Source of the DNA: an uncultured Flavobacteriales bacterium
Lineage (GTDB): Bacteria; Bacteroidota; Bacteroidia; Flavobacteriales; BACL11
Assembly: GCA_964004625.1 (NCBI GenBank)
Contig: CAXFOB010000002.1
Coordinates: 510 to 64,509, forward strand
Length of the DNA: 64,000 nt
Direction: 5' to 3'
The position numbers and the translations under genes are program-made. Positions within the stretch are counted from its first letter, which is position 1. Each line of letters begins with the position of its first letter. This document shows, one piece after another, positions 1 to 8,238 of the stretch. The notes under the pieces are model-generated. The model ran no database searches, was not told where the DNA came from, and saw nothing but the letters and a program-made list of their open reading frames with translations.

Positions 1-541
1 CAATCAATCAATTGTATTGGCCGTATCTCATTACGGAAATTGGGAATGGGGAATATTAGGAATTTCTTTAAACGTAAAACAGAAAATGACGGGAGTTTAT
101 AAAAAACTAAACAACTCTTTTTTCAATAATTTCATGAACAAAAATAGGGGGAAATTTGGTGCGGATTTGGTGGAAATGAACGATACATACAGATATTTAG
201 TTAATAAAAAAGAAGAATGTAAGATTATAGGTTTGCTTGCAGATCAATCTCCAGTAAAAGATGAAACTAATTATTGGACTACATTTTTAAATCAGGAAAC
301 TGCCGTTTATTTAGGGCCAGAAAAAATAGCAAAGAAATTTAATTATCCTGTTGTGTTTTGTAGTATGAAGAAAATAAAAAGAGGATATTATGAAGTTTTT
401 ATTGAAGAACTTTGTACAAATCCTGAAAAAACTACTAAAGGTGAAATTACATCTTTATATTTGCGGAAAATGGAAGAAAAAATAAACGAACAACCTGAAT
501 ATTGGCTTTGGAGTCACAGAAGATGGAAACACAAAAAATAA
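1..541 (+). CDS. lipid A biosynthesis acyltransferase family protein (LpxL/HtrB-like), 5' end outside the window
   Basis: The frame is open from nt 2 to the window edge. It has the SHYGNWEW acyltransferase motif (H-x4-E/D) and the family-typical C-terminus PEYWLWSHRRWK. The TTG at 17 in the track is internal. Confidence 0.75.
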   Translation, partial: NQSIVLAVSHYGNWEWGILGISLNVKQKMTGVYKKLNNSFFNNFMNKNRGKFGADLVEMNDTYRYLVNKKEECKIIGLLADQSPVKDETNYWTTFLNQETAVYLGPEKIAKKFNYPVVFCSMKKIKRGYYEVFIEELCTNPEKTTKGEITSLYLRKMEEKINEQPEYWLWSHRRWKHKK

Positions 542-1539
542 AAACTGCAGTAGTAATATTAAATTGGAACGGAAAACATTGGTTAGAAAAATTCCTAGAT
601 AACGTTATCCGGAACAGCCTAAATACAGAGGTAATAGTAGCGGACAACAATTCTACTGATGGATCTGTTTCTTATTTAAAGGATAATTATCCAAATATCA
701 GAATCATACACAATGATGGGAATTACGGATATGCTAAGGGATATAATCTAGCCTTAAGACAGATAGATGCAGAGTATTTTGTATTACTTAATTCGGATAT
801 TCAAGTAACAAAAGATTGGACATGTCCTATTATAGAATTAATGGAAAAGGACCAGTCAATTGCTGCATGCCAACCTAAAATACTAGATTACAATAACAAG
901 AATAAATTTGAATACGCAGGAGCGAGTGGTGGGTTTATTGATAAATTTGGATATCCTTTTTGCAGAGGTAGAATTTTTGATGATTTAGAGGAAGATAAAG
1001 AACAGTATAATGATGGAACAGAAGTGTTTTGGGCAACAGGAGCCTGCTTATTTGTACGAGCTTCTCACTTCTTTGAAGCAGGAGAATTAGATGAAGATTT
1101 CTTTGCACACCAAGAAGAAATAGACCTTTGTTGGAGATTAAAAAATAAAGGATATAAAATTATGGTAGAACCAAAGTCAGAAGTATATCATGTTGGTGGA
1201 GGAACCTTAAACGTTGGATCTCCATTTAAAACTCATTTAAACTTTAGAAACAACTTATATATGTTGTTTAAAAACTTACCTCTATCCTCTCTATTTATAA
1301 TTATTCCGATCAGATTAGTTTTGGATGGAATCGCATCTATTACTTTCTTAAGTAACAAACAAGGTATAAATCATTTTTTTGCAGTAATGAAAGCACACTT
1401 TTCGTTTTATTTTGAGATTCCTAAACTTATTGTAAAAAGAAGAAAGATTTCTCAACAATCTTCTTTAAGAGGAAAAAAGAACTACTCTATTCTGATAAAG
1501 AATAAACTAAAGAAAATTAAGACGTTCTCTGAACTCTAA
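523..1539 (+). CDS. family 2 glycosyltransferase
   Basis: KTAVVILNWNG N-terminus, VADNNSTDGS, the ED..F..QEEIDLCWR motif, and a C-terminal membrane-associated segment. I chose the ATG at 523 over the track's TTG at 502. Confidence 0.8.
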   Translation: METQKIKTAVVILNWNGKHWLEKFLDNVIRNSLNTEVIVADNNSTDGSVSYLKDNYPNIRIIHNDGNYGYAKGYNLALRQIDAEYFVLLNSDIQVTKDWTCPIIELMEKDQSIAACQPKILDYNNKNKFEYAGASGGFIDKFGYPFCRGRIFDDLEEDKEQYNDGTEVFWATGACLFVRASHFFEAGELDEDFFAHQEEIDLCWRLKNKGYKIMVEPKSEVYHVGGGTLNVGSPFKTHLNFRNNLYMLFKNLPLSSLFIIIPIRLVLDGIASITFLSNKQGINHFFAVMKAHFSFYFEIPKLIVKRRKISQQSSLRGKKNYSILIKNKLKKIKTFSEL

Positions 1540-1541
1540 AT

Positions 1542-1999
1542 TTAATCGCAATTAATTACATTTCCTGAACTATCAACACAATAATCACATTCTATTGTTT
1601 CTAAAGTAATTGGATCAATACAAATACATTCTATTTGTTTACCAAATTCGTCCCAACATTTTCTAAATATAAGAACACCATTATTATATTTGGCTTCACC
1701 TATTAAATTTCCATTAGTGTCATAAAATCTTCTGATTGATATATTCCCATTGATATACTTAGTTTTAGTCCAAAGATAAGAATCAATAGATTTAAATTCT
1801 GACCATCCATGTTTAACTCCTCTTTTCCATTTTGTTTGTCCCGATTTTCTTCCAGATTTTGAATAGTTTTTCCAAACTCCATACTTAAGATCATCTTTTA
1901 TTACTCTGCCTTTATTTTTTAATTCTCCAGTGTCAAAATATTCTGTTTTAATTGTTCCACATGAGAATAAAAGAAAGAAAAAAAAAATTTAATCTTCAT
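1542..1999 (-). pseudogene. MORN-variant (YwqK-like) lipoprotein gene, frame broken in a T10 (A10 on +) run
   Basis: A 148-codon stop-free frame (1988 to 1545) has no ATG/GTG/TTG. It encodes the lipobox LFSC plus G-x-W/Y-x-x-Y repeats. The ATG at 1999-1997 gives MKIK and joins this frame only if the T run is 11 rather than 10. Confidence 0.5.
1978..1987. repeat. A10 homopolymer (T10 on the coding minus strand)
   Basis: Counted directly. It is the longest homopolymer I noticed in the window, and it sits exactly at the frame break of the lipoprotein gene. Confidence 0.95.
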
Positions 2000-2411
2000 T
2001 TGTCAATGAATACAAGGTTAATTTGTATGAATCTAATTTAAAACCAGATATAACAGCTTTACAATGTTCAGAAAGTAAAGATTTTCTTCTAAATTCTTCC
2101 CTAGCATAAATATTAGAAATATGAATTTCATAAACTGGAGATTCTATTGATCTTATACAATCAGCAATTGATACTGAGGTATGAGAATATCCTCCCGCAT
2201 TTAATAAAATTGCGTCATAATTAAATCCAACTTCTTGCAATTTATCTATGATTTCACCTTCAATGTTTGACTGAAAATATTCTAAGTTTACCTCAGAAAA
2301 TTCTTGTTTTAAATTATTAAAATAATCTTTAAATGAAATATTACCATAAATAGATTTCTCTCTTACACCTAATAAGTTTAAATTTGGTCCGTTAATAATA
2401 ATAACTTTCAT
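1989..2411 (-). CDS. aroQ: type II 3-dehydroquinate dehydratase
   Basis: MKVIIINGPNLNLLG..REKSIYG N-terminus and the HISNIYAREEFR motif. I chose the ATG at 2411 over the longer track start at 2429, which abuts xerD. Confidence 0.9.
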   Translation of the reverse strand: MKVIIINGPNLNLLGVREKSIYGNISFKDYFNNLKQEFSEVNLEYFQSNIEGEIIDKLQEVGFNYDAILLNAGGYSHTSVSIADCIRSIESPVYEIHISNIYAREEFRRKSLLSEHCKAVISGFKLDSYKLTLYSLTNED

Positions 2412-2430
2412 AATAGAGCTAAAATACAAA

Positions 2431-3324
2431 ATGAGTTGGAAAACATCTATAAAAGAATTTAAAACTTATCTAAAGATTGAAAGATCTCTTTCGGATAACA
2501 CTATTGACTCTTACTTAAGAGACATAAAGAAACTTGCTCATTTTGCTGAAGAAAAAAAAATAAACGAACTACAAATTACAAAAAGAGATATAAAAGAATT
2601 TATTGTAGAAATAAATAAAGAAGGAATTTCATCCCGAACACAGGGTAGAATTATCTCCGGAATTAAAGCCTTTTATAAATATCTAATTCTGGAAGATTAT
2701 ATAAAAGTAAATCCAAGCGAACTAATAGAAAGCCCTAAAATAGGAACGAAACTTCCAGACACACTTTCCGTTTCAGAAATAGATGATTTAATTTCAGCAG
2801 TTGATCTTTCCCACCCGCAAGGGGAACGAAATAGAGCAATATTAGAAGTACTATACAGTTGCGGACTTAGGGTTTCAGAACTAACTAGTTTAAAACTATC
2901 CAATATCAGATTTAAAGAAGGGTATGTAAAAGTAGTAGGGAAAGGACATAAAGAACGATTTGCTCCGATCGGTAGTTCAGCTATTAAATATTTAAAAATC
3001 TATTTAAACGAAATCAGAAACCACCAAAATATAAAAAAAGGTAGTGAGGATATTGTATTCTTAAACAGAAGAGGAAATAAACTTACACGAGTAATGATAT
3101 TTACTATAATAAAACAACTTGCGGAAAAAATAGGATTGAAAAAGAAAATAAGCCCACATACTTTCCGACATAGTTTTGCTACTCACCTAATTGAAGGAGG
3201 AGCAGATTTAAGAGCTATTCAAGAAATGCTAGGTCATGAAAGTATTACCACAACAGAAATTTACACTCATTTAGATAGAGAATTTCTAAGAGATACAATA
3301 ATGACATTTCATCCACGAGCATAA
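2431..3324 (+). CDS. xerD: site-specific tyrosine recombinase XerD
   Basis: Core-binding N-terminal domain (YLKIERSLSDNTIDSYLRD), the catalytic region HTFRHSFATHL..GADLRAIQEMLGHESITTTEIYTHL, and typical length. Confidence 0.85.
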   Translation: MSWKTSIKEFKTYLKIERSLSDNTIDSYLRDIKKLAHFAEEKKINELQITKRDIKEFIVEINKEGISSRTQGRIISGIKAFYKYLILEDYIKVNPSELIESPKIGTKLPDTLSVSEIDDLISAVDLSHPQGERNRAILEVLYSCGLRVSELTSLKLSNIRFKEGYVKVVGKGHKERFAPIGSSAIKYLKIYLNEIRNHQNIKKGSEDIVFLNRRGNKLTRVMIFTIIKQLAEKIGLKKKISPHTFRHSFATHLIEGGADLRAIQEMLGHESITTTEIYTHLDREFLRDTIMTFHPRA

Positions 3325-4491
3325 ATGCAACTAAAGCATAATATATTAAAACTCTATCTACTAAGAGGATTCTTGTGGTTTATGGTAGCTATGCCTATCA
3401 TAGTTTTATTCTTTCAGGAAAACGGATTAACTTTAATGGAAGTAATGATTCTACAATCTGTTTACTCATTTACTGTTGCTATTACCGAAATTCCATCAGG
3501 ATACCTTGCAGATTATTTTGGAAGAAAAAACTCTTTAATAATAAGTACTGTTCTCACCTTTTGTGGTTACCTAATATTTTCTAATTTTTCTAGCTTTGAG
3601 TTTTTCGTATGCGCTCAGGTCATTATTGCAATTGGAGGTAGTTTAATGTCTGGAGCAGATTCTGCATTAATGTATGATACATTATTAGAAATAAAGGATG
3701 AAGAAAAGTATACAAAAGTAGAAGGAACAAACTATGCTATTGGGAATTTCTCGGAAGCAATAGCGGGATTATTTGGAGGTTTTTTAGCTACTTGTTCTCT
3801 TTTACTTCCAGTACAGGTTCAAACATCTATTTTATTTTTATGCATTCCAATAGCTGTTAGTTTGGTAGAACCAAGTATTCATAAAGAAAATAAGATAGAG
3901 AAAGGATTTTCTTCAATCGTAAAGGTTGTAAAATTTTCTTTATTAGATAATATAAAACTAAAATGGTTGATAATTTACTCTTCCATAATGGGAGTAGCTA
4001 CACTTTCCGCCGCTTGGCTTGCGCAACCCTTCTTTAAAAGTATAGAGATTCCACTATTTTATTATGGAATACTATGGGCATCATTAAATTTTACTGCCGG
4101 AATAAGTTCCTACCGATCTCATAAAATAGAAAAAAAATATAACATAAATAATTTACTTATGAACCTTGGTTTCTTTATGTCTTTATCCTTTCTTTCAGTC
4201 TACTTGTTACCAAATTATTTCGGCCTAGTTTTTATCTTTATTATATATTATTTGAGAGGAATAGTAACGCCTATACTTAAAAACCAGATTAATCTAAATA
4301 CTGAATCAAATATTAGAGCGACAGTTATCTCAGTAAGAAGTTTTGTACTTAGAATTTCATTTGCAACTATCGCTCCTTTTTTAGGATTAATAGCCGATAA
4401 TCAAGGTATTAGAGATTCCTTTCTATTATTATCTATTCTTATAATTATCTTTAGTATTATTTCAATTTTTAGACTAAGAAAGATATCATAA
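3325..4491 (+). CDS. MFS transporter
   Basis: About 12 predicted hydrophobic helices, with the motif-A-like loop GYLADYFGRKNS between TM2 and TM3. The ATG immediately follows the xerD stop. Confidence 0.7.
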   Translation: MQLKHNILKLYLLRGFLWFMVAMPIIVLFFQENGLTLMEVMILQSVYSFTVAITEIPSGYLADYFGRKNSLIISTVLTFCGYLIFSNFSSFEFFVCAQVIIAIGGSLMSGADSALMYDTLLEIKDEEKYTKVEGTNYAIGNFSEAIAGLFGGFLATCSLLLPVQVQTSILFLCIPIAVSLVEPSIHKENKIEKGFSSIVKVVKFSLLDNIKLKWLIIYSSIMGVATLSAAWLAQPFFKSIEIPLFYYGILWASLNFTAGISSYRSHKIEKKYNINNLLMNLGFFMSLSFLSVYLLPNYFGLVFIFIIYYLRGIVTPILKNQINLNTESNIRATVISVRSFVLRISFATIAPFLGLIADNQGIRDSFLLLSILIIIFSIISIFRLRKIS

Positions 4492-4800
4492 AAAACCTAA
4501 CCATAATAATTACTTTAAATGTGAATAAAGAGATTTGAACATCCGGAATCTTGAGTACGATATTTACGAATCTTTCGGACATATGGTTAATACCTTTTTA
4601 TCTATAAATGAAACTGATAAAATTATTATTATTGATGGATTTTCTATTTAGTTTTATTATTTTTGATAACCTAATTTTAATTTCCATACTTCATGACTAG
4701 TATTATCTTAAAAGATTAAACACATATAGAGAAAAGGATCTTCTTAAAGATGAAATTGAAAGGATAATTAAAAGTTTAAAAATAATAAAGAATAATACAG

Positions 4801-5631
4801 ATGTTTATATATATTAAAAAGGTATTAAAAAAACTTACGTTTATAAAACATGTACATAATATATGGAAATTACATCGATTAGGTCTAATAAAAAACCCAA
4901 ATGATTATTCAACAATTAAAAATGATTGGGAAATTCTAAATCGAAACAAGAAATTTTTATTCTATTCTTTAAATAAAAATTTTCACTTTTCTAATGCAAA
5001 GAATCTTGAAATTATTGAGAAAACTCTATCTCAACTTGGGCAAGAAATATTTGTGTTGTGCCATTTAGATTTTAAACAGAAAGGGTTTTTTGTTGAGTTT
5101 GGAGCTTGTGACGGACTGAAATGTAGCAATACTTACCTTCTTGAGACTAAATTTAACTGGGATGGCATATTGTCTGAACCTGCAAAAACTTGGCATGAAG
5201 ATCTTAAAAAAAATAGAAATGTCAATATAGATTATGACTGTGTATGGAAAAAAACTGGAGAGGAACTTGCTTTCAACGAAGTTGATGCAAGAGTCTTATC
5301 GACAATAAAAGATTATAGTGATTGTGATAACCATACGTTATCACGACAAAAAGGAAAATTCTATTCAGTTCATACAATATCTCTTGAGGACCTTCTAATA
5401 AAACATAAAGCACCAAAAAACATAGACTATTTGTCCATTGATACTGAAGGAAGTGAATATGAAATTTTAAAAAACTTCAACTTTGAAAAATATAAATTTT
5501 CTGTAATCACATGCGAACATAATTTCACTCAAACCAGAGAAAAAATTTATAAATTATTAACCTCAAATGGATATAAAAGAATTTTTGAAGAATTGTCAAA
5601 ATTTGATGATTGGTATATTCTTGAAAAATAG
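4801..5631 (+). CDS. FkbM-family methyltransferase
   Basis: It has the SAM-binding block FVEFGACDG and the FkbM-typical DYLSIDTEGSEYEIL block. The gene is flanked by unusually long non-coding DNA. Confidence 0.7.
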   Translation: MFIYIKKVLKKLTFIKHVHNIWKLHRLGLIKNPNDYSTIKNDWEILNRNKKFLFYSLNKNFHFSNAKNLEIIEKTLSQLGQEIFVLCHLDFKQKGFFVEFGACDGLKCSNTYLLETKFNWDGILSEPAKTWHEDLKKNRNVNIDYDCVWKKTGEELAFNEVDARVLSTIKDYSDCDNHTLSRQKGKFYSVHTISLEDLLIKHKAPKNIDYLSIDTEGSEYEILKNFNFEKYKFSVITCEHNFTQTREKIYKLLTSNGYKRIFEELSKFDDWYILEK

Positions 5632-5756
5632 AAGTGACCCAAAAACAGTCAAAAATTTTTTAAAAATATTATAAATTAATTTTATCAAAATTTTCTCGGT
5701 TAATATAGAAAAAATACTTACTGATTAACCTACACGTTTATAATACAAATAAATTA

Positions 5757-6605
5757 TTAAGTAAATATCGAAGCACTCATTTCTAGACCCCTTTCGAACT
5801 CCTGTATATTTAGTCCTAAATCTTCATTAAAATAGCTAATAAGTTTTTCTGTTGGCATATTGCCTGTCAAATCATCATCCGCCATTGGACATCCTCCATA
5901 TCCTTTTAATGCAGAGTCAAACCTTCTACATCCATTTTTATAAGCAGAATCTATCTTTTCTTCCCATTTATCTGTGGTTGTATGAAAATGACCTCCAATT
6001 TCAATATTAGGGTATTCTTTAGACAATGTATTAAACAGAGGTGCAATATTATCAGGATCTGAAACTCCAATAGTATCTGACAAAGCGATTATTTTAATTT
6101 CAAGTTGGTGTAATTTCTGAGTAAGTTCTGCAACAATATCAGGATGATAGTTTTCTCCATAAGGATTACCAAAAGCCATGGATAAATATACTACTAAATC
6201 TTTATTGTTTTTAACTGATAAATTCTGAATCTCTTCAACAGTATTAAGTGATTCATTTATACTTTTATTAGTATTTCGTTTCTGAAATTCTTCTGAAACA
6301 GAAAGTGGAAATCCTAAATAATTGATCTCTTCAAAATTACATGCATCTTCCGCTCCTCTGATATTTGCAATGATCGATAATAATTTGCTCGAAGTATAAC
6401 TTAAATCTAATCTTGATAGAACTTCAGCAGTATCTTTTAATTGAGGAATTGCCTTTTTAGAAACAAAAGAACCAAAATCAATAGTATGAAAGCCAACATT
6501 CAAAAGTTGATTGATATATTCAATTTTCTTTATTGTAGGTATAAACTGCGTTACTCCTTGCATAGCATCCCTAGGACATTCTATTATTTTAATAGATGAA
6601 CTCAT
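5757..6605 (-). CDS. hydroxymethylglutaryl-CoA lyase
   Basis: [12 protein letters not shown]-terminal motif, HFH metal site (GGHFHTT), GGCP..D loop near the C-terminus. Confidence 0.85.
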   Translation of the reverse strand: MSSSIKIIECPRDAMQGVTQFIPTIKKIEYINQLLNVGFHTIDFGSFVSKKAIPQLKDTAEVLSRLDLSYTSSKLLSIIANIRGAEDACNFEEINYLGFPLSVSEEFQKRNTNKSINESLNTVEEIQNLSVKNNKDLVVYLSMAFGNPYGENYHPDIVAELTQKLHQLEIKIIALSDTIGVSDPDNIAPLFNTLSKEYPNIEIGGHFHTTTDKWEEKIDSAYKNGCRRFDSALKGYGGCPMADDDLTGNMPTEKLISYFNEDLGLNIQEFERGLEMSASIFT

Positions 6606-7624
6606 CTTTTTAATAATGATTTATTTATTCTCTTTACTAAAGAAGGTCCCTCATATATAAATCCAGTGTAAATCTGCACTAATGAAGCTCCTGCATCCAA
6701 TTTTTCCAGAGCATCTTCTTCAGAGTTTATACCCCCTACTCCAATAATAGGAATTTTCTTATTTGATTTTTCTGATAAATAACTAATAACCTCTGTTGAT
6801 CTTTCTTTCACAGGTTTACCACTCAATCCACCATTTCCAATAGATTCAACTTTGTTTTTATTCGTTTTAAGAGAACTTCTATCAATTGTTGTGTTAGTTG
6901 CTATAACTCCGTCAATCTTTGTGTCAAATACTATTTTTACAATGTCACTCAACTGATTGTTTGTTAAATCCGGAGCTATCTTTAGTAAAATTGGCTTTCT
7001 ATTTTCTTTTTTATTATTTATTTCTTGTAGAGAGTTTAATAGATTAGTTAAAGGTTCTTTATCTTGTAAATCTCTTAAACCAGGGGTGTTTGGAGAGCTT
7101 ACATTTACAACAAAATAATCTACATACGGGAAAAGGGAATTAAATGAAATAATATAATCTTCAGTAGCATTCTCATTTGGAGTTATTTTGTTTTTACCAA
7201 TATTTCCCCCTACAATTATATCCGACTTTTTCTTTTGTAACCGTGTTACCGCATCTTCTACACCTTTATTATTAAACCCCATTCTATTAATAATACCGGA
7301 ATCATCTTTTAACCTAAATAACCTAGGTTTAGGATTTCCTTTTTGTGCTTTTGGAGTTAGAGTTCCAATTTCAATAAAACCAAATCCAAAACAACTTAGT
7401 TCATCAATTAATTCTGCGTCCTTATCAAATCCTGCAGCAAGTCCTACTGGATTAGGAAATTTAATTCCAAAAACTTCTCTTTCTAATCTTTTATCTTTTA
7501 TAGTAAATATCTTTCTCCAAATCCAAGCTTTAAAAGGATATCCTATCTTAAGTAGTGAAAAAGTAAAATGATGAATCTTTTCAGGGTCGAAAAGAAATAA
7601 GAAGAAACGAACTACTTTATACAT
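6602..7624 (-). CDS. pyrD: quinone-dependent (class 2) dihydroorotate dehydrogenase
   Basis: N-terminal membrane-association helix ([12 protein letters not shown]), [24 protein letters not shown] motifs. I chose the ATG at 7624 because the track's TTG at 7642 lies inside a -7 box. Confidence 0.9.
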   Translation of the reverse strand: MYKVVRFFLFLFDPEKIHHFTFSLLKIGYPFKAWIWRKIFTIKDKRLEREVFGIKFPNPVGLAAGFDKDAELIDELSCFGFGFIEIGTLTPKAQKGNPKPRLFRLKDDSGIINRMGFNNKGVEDAVTRLQKKKSDIIVGGNIGKNKITPNENATEDYIISFNSLFPYVDYFVVNVSSPNTPGLRDLQDKEPLTNLLNSLQEINNKKENRKPILLKIAPDLTNNQLSDIVKIVFDTKIDGVIATNTTIDRSSLKTNKNKVESIGNGGLSGKPVKERSTEVISYLSEKSNKKIPIIGVGGINSEEDALEKLDAGASLVQIYTGFIYEGPSLVKRINKSLLKR

Positions 7625-7639
7625 TAAATTGTTTTTATG

Positions 7640-7647
7640 CAAAAATA
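7640..7647 (-). promoter_or_regulatory. putative Bacteroidota -7 promoter box (TATTTTTG) for pyrD
   Basis: Exact TAnnTTTG match on the minus strand, 15 nt upstream of the ATG at 7624. Confidence 0.5.
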
Positions 7648-7665
7648 GAATATTGAAACAATATT

Positions 7666-7965
7666 CTAAGGATTTAACTCTTCAAATGAATTATCATCAT
7701 AAAAAACAACTATCTTTTCAATGTTTTTAGTTGTAATTATTTCACTTTTCTCTTTACTTTTATACATAAACCCTTCACCAGTAATAATCCAATTTGAATT
7801 TAAATCAGGGAAAAATTTCATCATTTTATCTAAAAAATCAATTGAAGGTTTATTTCTTCCAGATAAAATATGTGAGATTGTTGCTCTATTAACCCCAATT
7901 TTATCAGCAAAACTACTTGATTTTAACCCATTACTTTCTATCCAAATTTTAATTCTATCATGCAT
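7666..7965 (-). CDS. XRE-family helix-turn-helix transcriptional regulator
   Basis: HTH segment [30 protein letters not shown] chose the ATG at 7965 because the track's TTG at 7995 lies inside a -7 box. Confidence 0.7.
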   Translation of the reverse strand: MHDRIKIWIESNGLKSSSFADKIGVNRATISHILSGRNKPSIDFLDKMMKFFPDLNSNWIITGEGFMYKSKEKSEIITTKNIEKIVVFYDDNSFEELNP

Positions 7966-7992
7966 AAATAAACATGTTACATTTGTTAATAG

Positions 7993-8000
7993 CAAAAATA
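7993..8000 (-). promoter_or_regulatory. putative -7 promoter box (TATTTTTG) for the HTH regulator
   Basis: Exact TAnnTTTG match on the minus strand, 27 nt upstream of the ATG at 7965. Confidence 0.5.
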
Positions 8001-8035
8001 TGTATTTTAATTAATCTTTCATATATTTTTTTATG

Positions 8036-8108
8036 AATATATTAAATTAAACCTGTATTATATATTTATATGTAAATTGTAAAAATTTGGTTATCAATAT
8101 ATTAAATT
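8036..8108. repeat. pair of perfect 13-bp direct repeats AATATATTAAATT (8036-8048 and 8096-8108)
   Basis: Read directly. The copies are spaced exactly 60 bp apart in the 243-bp spacer upstream of the HTH gene. Confidence 0.8.
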
Positions 8109-8192
8109 TTTTATATTAAGATTTGTTAATTTACAAAACAAAAGATGGATTTAACTCCAATTTTGTTTACATAAGTAAACTATATGTAGAAT

Positions 8193-8216
8193 AAAACCAC
8201 CTTAAAGGAGGGTTTT
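8193..8216 (-). terminator. possible intrinsic terminator of the TonB-dependent receptor gene
   Basis: Imperfect hairpin AAAACCACC-TTAAA-GGAGGGTTTT (one mismatch, one bulge) 23 nt past the stop. The T run is partly inside the stem. Confidence 0.4.
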
Positions 8217-8238
8217 GCAGTTTAACTAACAACAAAAT

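Noticed and set aside
1703-1894. A 63-aa ORF offered by the track in the GT2-aroQ gap.
   Set aside because: It is out of frame with the 148-codon stop-free MORN-variant frame that covers the whole gap. Its translation has no recognisable features.
2431-3324. The tyrosine recombinase as a possible integrase marking a mobile element.
   Set aside because: Its sequence and length fit chromosomal XerD. It is embedded among housekeeping genes (aroQ, MFS), with no flanking direct repeats, tRNA target or cargo genes.
4530-4590. A tRNA-like fragment; the minus strand reads GGATGTTCAAATCTC, reminiscent of a T-arm.
   Set aside because: The flanking bases cannot form a T-stem, acceptor stem or anticodon arm. 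It is most likely a chance match in AT-rich DNA.
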